Source of the DNA: Opitutia bacterium
Lineage (GTDB): Bacteria; Verrucomicrobiota; Verrucomicrobiia; Opitutales; UBA953
Reading direction: 5' to 3'
Assembly (NCBI GenBank): GCA_021204635.1
Contig: JAJPZB010000031.1
Location: 1 to 55,870, forward strand
DNA: 55,870 nt
Part shown: in pieces, positions 30,800-39,112 of the stretch
Layout of the letters: each line of letters starts with the position of its first letter
Numbering within the stretch: the stretch's first letter is position 1
The notes under the pieces: model-generated
The model's database searches: none
Told to the model about the DNA's origin: nothing
What the model saw: only the letters and a program-made list of their open reading frames with translations
Made by a program: the position numbers and the translations under genes

Positions 30800-30898
30800 A
30801 AATCTGCAATTTGCCCAACCGCGAAACGCCGTTCTCGCCGGAATTTTCTCGCGCGAACGGCGTTTCTTTAATACCTTGCCACTCCATCTTCCGCGTTT

Positions 30899-30983
30899 GC
30901 TCGAGTGGTGAAATTGGCAGACACGTCGGATTTAGGTTCCGATGCCGAAAGGCGTATGGGTTCGAGTCCCTTCTCGAGCACCA
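30899..30983 (+). tRNA. tRNA-Leu(TAG)
   Basis: GCTCGAGTGGTGAAATTGGCAGACAC..TCGGA-TTTAGGT-TCCGA, long variable arm, GGTTCGAGTCCC..CTCGAGCACCA. Confidence 0.97.
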
Positions 30984-31013
30984 ATCTTTCTAAATACAAA
31001 AATGCCGGAAGAC

Positions 31014-31053
31014 AAAAAAATCGCTCTCCCACGACAATTGCAGGAGAGCGATT
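31014..31053 (-). terminator. Terminator between convergent tRNA-Leu and exuT
   Basis: A-tract then AATCGCTCTCC..GGAGAGCGATT hairpin. Confidence 0.7.
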
Positions 31054-31073
31054 AATTCGGCGCGCAACGCGGT

Positions 31074-32516
31074 TTACGCGCGGATTGGGCTATAGCGCGG
31101 AACGAGGATCTTCATTACGCACCAACCGATGAGGTATGCGAACGCGCAAATCGCAAATATGATGAAATATCCGGATTCTTTGCCGACAAACCCGCAGAAC
31201 TCCAAGTTTGTCTCCTCGCTGTAGTCGAAGAGAACTCCGCTACTTTTATTAATCAGGAAAGAACTGACGCCGCCCGCCATAGTCCCGATTCCGACGATGC
31301 TGCCGACTGCAGATTTCGGGAACATGTCGCTGACCGTGGAATAGATATTCGCGGACCACGCCTGGTGCGCCGAGCAGCCGATGGCAATTAGCAAAACCGG
31401 CAGCCAGTAGCTGAACGTCCCAAGCGGTTGCGCGAACAAAATCATTATCGGGAAAATCGCGATGATGAGCATTGCCCGCATGCGCCCCGAATACGGATCC
31501 ATGCCCTTGTTTATGAAATATGTGGGGAACTTGCCGCCAAAGACCGAGCCAATGACCGTGATGGAATAAAGCACGGCAATCGGGAGCGCGATGTCTGTCC
31601 CCGACATATTGTATTGCGATTTGAGATATGCTGGCGTCCAGAAGAGGAAGAACCACCACACACCGTCAGTCAAAAATTTGCCGAGAGCAAATGCCCAGGT
31701 CTGCCGGTATCTCCAGCATTGCAAAAATGTGATTTTGACCTCATCTCCCTCGGGCTCGTTGCCGGCAACATCTGCTTCTGCCTCCGCGTCTTGTTTGATG
31801 TATTCCAACTCGGCGGCATTGACCGACGGATTTTCCTCGGGCTTTTTGTAAACGAAAAGCCAAAGCCCCATCCAGATGAAGCCGAGAACGCCGACAGCGA
31901 TAAAGGCAACTTCCCAACCCCACCACTTTGCGATAAACGGCACAGACAGTGGCGCGACAATCGCTCCGATATTTGCGCCGGAATTGAAAATCCCCGTCGC
32001 AAACGCCCGATCCCTCTTCGGGAAATATTCCGCCGTCGATTTAATCGCAGCGGGGAAATTGCCCGCCTCGCCAAGAGCGAGAACGCACCGGCAGAACGAA
32101 AACGCGAGAACGCTTATCATCGAAATCTGTGCGGCGACATCTGTTCCGCTGACAACAGAGCGCAGTGCCTCGGCATTCGGCAGGTTGGTTATCCATTCTG
32201 TCGTGACGCCGCAAAGAGAATGGATTATCGCGCCGAGCGACCAAATGGAAATCGCAATCGCGTATCCTTTTTTAATCCCGAGGCGGTCGATAAATCTTCC
32301 GACAAACAACACCGCGACAGCGTAAAACAGCGAGAACACGGCGGTAATCGTGCCATAGTCGCTTTCCGACCAATGAAACTCTTGCGCAAGGTCGGGCTGC
32401 AGCAGTGACAACACTTGCCGGTCGAGGTAGTTTACTGTTGTCGCGAAAAACAACATCGCACAAATCGCCCAGCGATAGTGCGTCATTTGGGAACTTGGGG
32501 AATTTGTTTTAGTCAT
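31074..32516 (-). CDS. exuT: Hexuronate MFS transporter (ExuT-like)
   Basis: RWAICAMLFFATTVNYLDRQ, GEAGNFPAAIK, FNSGANIGA, TDGVWWFFLFW, AHQAWSAN; last gene of the hexuronate operon. Confidence 0.85.
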   Translation of the reverse strand: MTKTNSPSSQMTHYRWAICAMLFFATTVNYLDRQVLSLLQPDLAQEFHWSESDYGTITAVFSLFYAVAVLFVGRFIDRLGIKKGYAIAISIWSLGAIIHSLCGVTTEWITNLPNAEALRSVVSGTDVAAQISMISVLAFSFCRCVLALGEAGNFPAAIKSTAEYFPKRDRAFATGIFNSGANIGAIVAPLSVPFIAKWWGWEVAFIAVGVLGFIWMGLWLFVYKKPEENPSVNAAELEYIKQDAEAEADVAGNEPEGDEVKITFLQCWRYRQTWAFALGKFLTDGVWWFFLFWTPAYLKSQYNMSGTDIALPIAVLYSITVIGSVFGGKFPTYFINKGMDPYSGRMRAMLIIAIFPIMILFAQPLGTFSYWLPVLLIAIGCSAHQAWSANIYSTVSDMFPKSAVGSIVGIGTMAGGVSSFLINKSSGVLFDYSEETNLEFCGFVGKESGYFIIFAICAFAYLIGWCVMKILVPRYSPIRA

Positions 32517-32549
32517 GTGAGATAAGGGCAAACGAGATTTTTAAAATTG

Positions 32550-33182
32550 TTAAACGAGGTTCGACAAGGCTTCGCGCGTGCGCCGCCCGACTTCTTGCCA
32601 ATTTTCGCTTTTGATCAACGCAGATTCGCAAATCCACGAACCACCGCACGCCACAACTTCCGGAATTTTCAGCCATTCGCCGATGTTGGCGGCATTGATC
32701 CCACCCGTGGGCATGATGCGGACATTCGTGTGGCGAAACGCTCCCATGAGCGCTTTCAGCATTTTCACGCCGCCCGCCGCTTCGGCAGGGAAAAATTTCA
32801 AAAACTTGCAACCGAGTGACAGCGCTCTGCTGATTTCTCCCGCCGTGGAAACGCCCGGGACAAACGGAAGCGCGTTTTCTTGCGCGGCTTTTACAACAAC
32901 GGGGTCAAATCCCGGCGCCACGCCGAACGTTGCCCCTGCCGCTTTTGCGCGGACAACCTGCGCCGGCGTGAGCAGTGTCCCCGCGCCGACGAGCATTTCC
33001 GGAACTCCGTTTGCAATCGCGGAAACCGCTTCGGCGGCAGAATCCGTCCGGAACGTGATTTCCATGCAACCGCAACCGTTTTCCAACAACGCGTGGGCGA
33101 GCGGAACCGCCTTTTTCGCGTCGTTTATGACGACGACGGGAACGAGTTTAAAAGATGAGAGTTTTTCTGCGAGTTGGTCCAT
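32550..33182 (-). CDS. eda: KDPG/KHG aldolase
   Basis: EITFRT, VGAGT, LKFFPAEAAGG, PTGGI, ACGGSW. Confidence 0.95.
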   Translation of the reverse strand: MDQLAEKLSSFKLVPVVVINDAKKAVPLAHALLENGCGCMEITFRTDSAAEAVSAIANGVPEMLVGAGTLLTPAQVVRAKAAGATFGVAPGFDPVVVKAAQENALPFVPGVSTAGEISRALSLGCKFLKFFPAEAAGGVKMLKALMGAFRHTNVRIMPTGGINAANIGEWLKIPEVVACGGSWICESALIKSENWQEVGRRTREALSNLV

Positions 33183-33184
33183 TT

Positions 33185-34582
33185 TTAGAAATTAAAGTAT
33201 TGTTTCGCATTGTTGTAGGAAACGTCGGCGACAAGAGCCCCGACTGTGTCGATGTCGTCGGGTATCAGCCCTTGCACCATGTCGCGACCGAGAATCCGGC
33301 AAAGAATCCGCCTGAAATATTCGTGGCGCGTGTAGCTGAGCAGGCTTCGACTGTCGGTCAACATCCCGACAAAGCGCGAGAGCGTCCCGAGCTGGCTGAG
33401 CGTCTCTAAGTGGCGCGTGATTCCGTCCATCTGATCCAAGAACCACCACGCCGCACCATATTGCATTTTTCCCGCCACAATGCCGTCTTGGAAACTTCCG
33501 CAAAGCACGGCAAACGCGGCACTGTCGCGGGGATTCAGGTTGTAAATAATCGTTCGCGGCAGCGTTCCTTTTTGCGCCGAGCGATCCAAAATCCGGCTCA
33601 GTGGCGCGACGCAGTTGTCGTCCGCGATTGCGTCAAATCCCGTGTCCGGCCCCAGTTCGCTCATCGCCGCGCCATTCGGGTTGCGAAGTGCGCCAACGTG
33701 CAGTTGCCGCACCCAGCCCTTTGCCGCGTCGAGACCGGCGAGAAAATCGAGCAAATAGTTCGAGAATCTTGCCGCATTTTGCTTATCCACAACAATGCCG
33801 TTGCGCGCGGAATTGAAAATTTCTGCGGCAGCGGCATCGGACAAACTTTCCTCGTCGAACGCCTCCAACGAGTGGTCAGACAACTTGCACTTGTTTTGTG
33901 CGAAGAAATCGTGGCGGTCGGCAATCGCTTTTTTAAACGAATTCAAGTCCGTAATTTTCATTCCCGCCGCTTGCTCCAAGCGCGAAACCCAGGTGTTCCA
34001 CGCCTGTGTTTGCCCGATGGCGCGGGCTTTGTCGGGGCGGAAAGTCGGGCACAACTTCACGGGATCGCCGGAGGCCGCGTGGCGGCTGTGCGCCGCAAGA
34101 TCGTCGCAGGGATCGTCCGTCGTGCAAACCGCTTCAACATTCATCTTCTTCAAAATGTCGAGCGCTCCGAATTTCCCCGACTGCAACATCGCGGAAGTCC
34201 TTTCCCAAACTTCGTCCGCCGTTTTTGGGCTGAACAAAATCCCCGTAATCCCGAATGGCCGCCGCAATTCCAAATGCGTCCAATGGTAAAGCGGGTTCCG
34301 CAACAATCGCGGGACAACCGCCGCCCACGCGTCAAACTTCTCGCGGTCGGGCGCCGCGCCGGAGCAGAGCCGCTCGGGGACGCCGTTCGTGCGCATCGCG
34401 CGCCACTTGTAGTGGTCGCCGTCGAGCCACAGTTGCGCGATATTCGCGAACTGTTTGTTGTCGGCAATCGCGGCGGGATCGAGGTGCGAGTGGTAGTCAA
34501 TTATGGGCAACGCCTCGGCGAATTTGTGAAAAAGCGTTTTCGCCTGTGGCGTGTCCAAGAGGAAATCGGCGTCGATAAACAT
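33185..34582 (-). CDS. uxaC: Glucuronate isomerase
   Basis: PIIDYHSHL, GDHYKWRAMR, NPLYHWTHLEL, CTTDDP, GAAWWFLD, GMLTDSRS, RHEYFRR. Confidence 0.97.
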   Translation of the reverse strand: MFIDADFLLDTPQAKTLFHKFAEALPIIDYHSHLDPAAIADNKQFANIAQLWLDGDHYKWRAMRTNGVPERLCSGAAPDREKFDAWAAVVPRLLRNPLYHWTHLELRRPFGITGILFSPKTADEVWERTSAMLQSGKFGALDILKKMNVEAVCTTDDPCDDLAAHSRHAASGDPVKLCPTFRPDKARAIGQTQAWNTWVSRLEQAAGMKITDLNSFKKAIADRHDFFAQNKCKLSDHSLEAFDEESLSDAAAAEIFNSARNGIVVDKQNAARFSNYLLDFLAGLDAAKGWVRQLHVGALRNPNGAAMSELGPDTGFDAIADDNCVAPLSRILDRSAQKGTLPRTIIYNLNPRDSAAFAVLCGSFQDGIVAGKMQYGAAWWFLDQMDGITRHLETLSQLGTLSRFVGMLTDSRSLLSYTRHEYFRRILCRILGRDMVQGLIPDDIDTVGALVADVSYNNAKQYFNF

Positions 34583-34630
34583 GGTTTGGCAGGGTTGGGT
34601 AATAATTTTGTGATTTGCGTTTGTTGCTGT

Positions 34631-36631
34631 TCAGACGCCGGAGAACGAGGAAAAACCACCGTCAACAGGAATGATGATTCCCGTGACAAACGCCGACGCC
34701 GGCGAGACCAAAAATTGCAGCGCGCTGCAAAGATCTTCGGGCTCGCCGAAGCGGTGCATTGACGTTTTTGCCAAGACTTTGCCGCCTCGGGCTGTGGGCG
34801 TCTTTCCGTCTTTTTCCAACATCAGAAAGCGATTTTGTTCCGTGATGAAAAATCCCGGGGAAATTGCGTTTACGCGGACGCCGAGCGGCGCGAGGTGTGC
34901 GGAGAGCCATTTCGTGAAATTATCCACAGCGGCTTTCGCGGCTCCGTATGCACCGACTTTCGTCAGCGGCTGGAATGCCGCCATCGAGGAAATATTCACG
35001 ATGCAACCGCGCGTCTTCGTCAGCAATTCGCCGAAGATTTGCGAGGGCAGGATCGTGCCAATCATGTTGAGGCGATTGACGTATTCAAATCCCGCCATAT
35101 CCATTCCAAAGAAACTTTGCGCACACGGAGAATCCGGGCTGCACTGCTCGAGCGGCGTAGTCCCGCGCGGGTCGTTCCCGCCGGCGCCGTTCACGAGAAT
35201 GTCTAGTTTGCCCCAAACTTCTTCCACGCGTTTGCGTGCTGCGGCGAGTGCGTCTTTATCCAAGACATCTGCCGCAATCGCGAGCGTCTGCGTCAAGCCC
35301 TCGCTCGCCAACTTCTTCTGCAACGCCTCCAATTTTGAAAGCGTGCGCCCGATCAATGCGACTTTCGCGCCGGCTTTGAGCAAATTGCGAACCATCACCG
35401 AGCAGAGAACGCCCGCCGCGCCGGTCACGACCGCGACCTTGCCGACGAGCGGTCGGAACGATTGCAAGCCCATCGCGAGCCCGCGCAACTCCGCGAGCCC
35501 GATGACGCGCCCGCCGTAAGAATATCCCGCGTAGCAACCCTTCGTGTTGTCGATATCCATGAGTTTCCCGTGGTCGGGGCGCAGAGGAATTTGCCAGTCG
35601 CTGTCGCCGTTTGCGCGCCGCCGTGCCTCCTCGTTGATGAGGCACTGCATCGCATACGGCATATCCGTGTGGCCGCAAAGGTGAGAATCTGCCTCGCGGA
35701 AACTCTCGCAATCGGAGTCGAACTTCGTGTTGCGGAAGTGCGCGAAATACACGCGGTCTGCAAATTTTTCCATGAGCAAATGCGGCGCGTTCGCGTAAAG
35801 TCCGCCCAAAGAGCCTGTGCAAAGCGTAAATCCTGAGTTCGGCGACGGCACATTTTCGATGAGCCGCTTCATATCCGCCTCGGTGCTCATGATTCGCGGA
35901 AGCCCGAAAATTGGCTTCGGCGGGTCGTCGGGGTGAATCGCCATGCGGATTCCAACCTCTTCGCAAACCGGCATGATCTCGTTCAGAAAATCGTAAAGAT
36001 TTTGCCGCAATTTGTCCGCGTCAATGCCCTCGTAGCGGCGAATCATTTGCAAGAATTGCTCCGGCGTCAGGTCGTCAACCGTCCCGGGTAATCCGAGCAA
36101 AATTGCGTCAGACAAAGCCTTGCGTTCGCCTTCGCCGAGTTTGTCAAAAATTTCGCGGGCGCGTTTCTTCACGTCGTCGGAATAATCCGCCTCGGCGCCG
36201 GCGCGCTTCAAAATGAACATGTCAAACGCCGCGACGCGCGCGGAATCGTATTTCAAAACGCTACTGCCGTCGTTCATCGGGAACGCCAAATCCGAGCGCG
36301 TCCAATCCAAGACCGGCATGAAATTGTAGCAGACGGTTTTCACGCCGCCTCGCGCCAAATTCCGCAGGCTCTGCTTGTAAACATCGATGTAATGCCGCCA
36401 ATCACCCGAGCGCGTTTTAATGTCTTCGTGGACGGCGATGCTCTCCGCCACAACCCACTTCATTCCTGCGTCTGCCACGATTTTCGCGCGCTCTGCCACA
36501 GCGTCTTCCGTCCAGAGTTCGCCGCAGCGAACTTCGTGCAAAGCCGTCACTATTCCGGAAACTCCGGCTTGCCGAATGTCGCGCAAAGTTATCGGGTCAG
36601 AAGGACCATACCATCTCCAGCTCTCAATCAT
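34631..36631 (-). CDS. uxuA: Fusion of mannonate dehydratase (UxuA) and SDR D-mannonate oxidoreductase (UxuB-type)
   Basis: N-terminal WRWYGP.D, CYNFMP, HPDDPP, RPDHG, AELRGL; then in frame VTGAAGVLC, NGAGGN, YGAAK, PVDGGFSSFSGV. Confidence 0.9.
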   Translation of the reverse strand: MIESWRWYGPSDPITLRDIRQAGVSGIVTALHEVRCGELWTEDAVAERAKIVADAGMKWVVAESIAVHEDIKTRSGDWRHYIDVYKQSLRNLARGGVKTVCYNFMPVLDWTRSDLAFPMNDGSSVLKYDSARVAAFDMFILKRAGAEADYSDDVKKRAREIFDKLGEGERKALSDAILLGLPGTVDDLTPEQFLQMIRRYEGIDADKLRQNLYDFLNEIMPVCEEVGIRMAIHPDDPPKPIFGLPRIMSTEADMKRLIENVPSPNSGFTLCTGSLGGLYANAPHLLMEKFADRVYFAHFRNTKFDSDCESFREADSHLCGHTDMPYAMQCLINEEARRRANGDSDWQIPLRPDHGKLMDIDNTKGCYAGYSYGGRVIGLAELRGLAMGLQSFRPLVGKVAVVTGAAGVLCSVMVRNLLKAGAKVALIGRTLSKLEALQKKLASEGLTQTLAIAADVLDKDALAAARKRVEEVWGKLDILVNGAGGNDPRGTTPLEQCSPDSPCAQSFFGMDMAGFEYVNRLNMIGTILPSQIFGELLTKTRGCIVNISSMAAFQPLTKVGAYGAAKAAVDNFTKWLSAHLAPLGVRVNAISPGFFITEQNRFLMLEKDGKTPTARGGKVLAKTSMHRFGEPEDLCSALQFLVSPASAFVTGIIIPVDGGFSSFSGV

Positions 36632-36659
36632 TTTGTTTAAGTCTCCAATTTAAAAATTT

Positions 36660-37754
36660 TTAACGATCCACGCGGGCAGTTCCACCCTTCATGGCCTTTT
36701 CCACTTCGGCGAGCGAGGCGGTCGAAGTGTCGCCGGGCGTCGTCATCGCCAACGCACCGTGAGCGCAGCCGCAGTTCACCGCGTACTGCGGTCCCTTGCC
36801 CGCCAAAAATCCGTAAATCAGCCCCGAGGCGAACGAATCTCCGCCGCCGACGCGGTCGAAAATTTCCAGCTTCGGGAACGAGATCGAATCGTAAAATTCG
36901 CCGTCGCAGAAGAGCAGTGCCGCCCAGTCGTTCACGGTCGCCGTTCTCGCGACGCGCAGCGTTGTCGCCACAGCCTTGAAGCCAAATTCCTTCACGGCAC
37001 GCAAAATCATGCTGCGATATGAATCGCGATCGATCTTGGAAAAATCGTCAGTTGCGCCTTCGATTTTCAGCCCGAGAGCCGCCTGGAAATCTTCTTCGTT
37101 CCCGATCATCACATCGACAAACGGCGCAATCGCGCGATTCACTTCCTGCGCCCGCGCCTGCCCGCCGACGCTTTTCCAAAGCGACGGGCGATAATTCAAA
37201 TCGTATGAAACGATGGTTCCGTGCTTCCGCGCCGCGCGCACAGCCTCGATCGCCACCAAGCCCGTCGTATCGGAAAGCCCCGCGAAAATCCCGCCGGTGT
37301 GAAGCCAGCGCACGCCGTTTTCCCCGAAAATCGTATCCCAATCGATTTCTCCGGGCTTCATTTGGCTTGTGGCGCTCAGCCCGCGGTCAGAGCAGCCAAC
37401 CGCCGCGCGAATGCCGAAACCGCGCTCCGTGAAATTGAGCCCCACGCGGCAGTCGCGACCAATCCCGTCAAACGGCTTCCATTGCACGAGGCTCAAATCC
37501 AAGCCGCCTTCCATCATGCAATCTTCTAAGAGCCGCCCGACCGGATTGTCGCAAATCGCCGTCACGACGGCGCCGCGCATTTTGAAACACCGGCGCAGCC
37601 CGCGCGCGACATTGTATTCGCCACCTCCTTCGCAGACGTGAAAGTCGCGGGTTGTGTGGATTCTGCCTTCGCCGGGATCGAGGCGCAACATGACTTCGCC
37701 GAGAGACACAATGTCCCAGCGGCATTTTTCGGGAGGTTTTATGAACAACGACAT
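36660..37754 (-). CDS. kdgK: 2-keto-3-deoxygluconate kinase (PfkB family)
   Basis: LGEVMLRLDP, GGGEYNVA, YDLNYRPSLW, DRVGGGDSFASG; first gene of the operon. Confidence 0.9.
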   Translation of the reverse strand: MSLFIKPPEKCRWDIVSLGEVMLRLDPGEGRIHTTRDFHVCEGGGEYNVARGLRRCFKMRGAVVTAICDNPVGRLLEDCMMEGGLDLSLVQWKPFDGIGRDCRVGLNFTERGFGIRAAVGCSDRGLSATSQMKPGEIDWDTIFGENGVRWLHTGGIFAGLSDTTGLVAIEAVRAARKHGTIVSYDLNYRPSLWKSVGGQARAQEVNRAIAPFVDVMIGNEEDFQAALGLKIEGATDDFSKIDRDSYRSMILRAVKEFGFKAVATTLRVARTATVNDWAALLFCDGEFYDSISFPKLEIFDRVGGGDSFASGLIYGFLAGKGPQYAVNCGCAHGALAMTTPGDTSTASLAEVEKAMKGGTARVDR

Positions 37755-37894
37755 ATTATTGCCACGATCTTAACAATTCCGTGGTAAAAGTCGAGAAGCA
37801 CGGGGCAGGGGAAATGGCGCTCCGGCGTCGCCACCGTTGCGGCAAAAAGTTTTCTCGCGACGGTGGCCGGCGGGCGTAAAACTCGGCGCGAGTC

Positions 37895-39052
37895 ATGAAG
37901 CAGATTCGGTTGAAATTTTCAAAGCATATGCCGCGCGTCCTCCGCGGACACCCTTGGGTATTTGCCGGAGAAATCGAAACTCCGCCAAAAATCGACGACG
38001 GCGCAGCAACAGAGCTTCTCGACGCTCGCGGGCATTCACTCGGCGTCGGGATTTGGAGTGGAAAGTCGAAAATCGTTTGGCGCAGATTTTCGCGAACTGT
38101 CTGCGAGTGGGATGCAGATTTCATTTTCCCCGCGCTCGAAAAATCTGTTGCGCGGCGCGGGAGCGCGACGCCGTGTTGCCGCCTCGTCTGGTCCGAAGCC
38201 GATTCGTTGCCAGGGTTGGTGGTGGACAAATTTGAGGACACGCTCGTCATTCAGGCGCTGACGGTGGGGGCAGACAAGCGGCAGGGCGAAGTCGCAGAAT
38301 GGCTGGACGCAAAATTTTCACCTGCCGAAATAATTTTTCGCAACGATGCCCCGACGCGGAGATTCGAGGGCTTGGGAAATTCCGTCGATTTTTACAAGGG
38401 AAAAATTCACACGCCGCGCTGGTTTAAAATCGAAGGCTTGGAATATTTTCTCGATTTGGCAAACGGGCAAAAAACCGGATTTTACTTGGATCAGCGGGAG
38501 CAACACAGGCACGTCGCGGGAAATTTTGCAGGCGGCCGCAGCGTGCTCGACGCTTGTTGCAACCAAGGCGGATTCGCCATGCAATGCGCCAAACACGGTG
38601 CGGTTGACGTTCTCGGCATCGATGTTTCCTCTGCGGCAATCGAGGCGTGCAAAAAGAATTGCGAGCGCAACGGGATTGTTGTGGCGAGCTTCGAGGAAGC
38701 GAACATCTTCGATTGGTTTGGCGACAACAAAGAGAAAAAATTCGACTTGATTATTCTCGATCCACCACCGTTCGCGCGCACGAAATCCGCGATCGAAGGC
38801 GCAATGCGCGGATACAAAGAACTGAATTTGCGCGCGTTGAAAATGCTCACGCCTGGCGGCATTCTCGCAACATACTCGTGCTCGCAGAGAGTTGGCTTGG
38901 AAACATTCGTCGAGATTGTGGCGGACGCCGCAACAGACGCGCGCCGCGACGTGCGCATGCTCGAAATCACGGGGCAACCGGCGGATCATCCGTCGCTGCT
39001 GAATTTTCCCGAGAGCCGCTACCTCAAAGGGCTCATCGTCCAAGCGGAATAA
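37895..39052 (+). CDS. RlmI-like SAM-dependent rRNA methyltransferase
   Basis: GHPWVF PUA domain, SEADSLPGLVVD, GQKTGFYLDQRE, ILDPPPF, TYSCS, YLK. Confidence 0.9.
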   Translation: MKQIRLKFSKHMPRVLRGHPWVFAGEIETPPKIDDGAATELLDARGHSLGVGIWSGKSKIVWRRFSRTVCEWDADFIFPALEKSVARRGSATPCCRLVWSEADSLPGLVVDKFEDTLVIQALTVGADKRQGEVAEWLDAKFSPAEIIFRNDAPTRRFEGLGNSVDFYKGKIHTPRWFKIEGLEYFLDLANGQKTGFYLDQREQHRHVAGNFAGGRSVLDACCNQGGFAMQCAKHGAVDVLGIDVSSAAIEACKKNCERNGIVVASFEEANIFDWFGDNKEKKFDLIILDPPPFARTKSAIEGAMRGYKELNLRALKMLTPGGILATYSCSQRVGLETFVEIVADAATDARRDVRMLEITGQPADHPSLLNFPESRYLKGLIVQAE

Positions 39053-39112
39053 AATCCTGCCACAACTATTTCTGTGTTGAAAACGGCACGTCTCGCAAAC
39101 GACGATTCGCGC

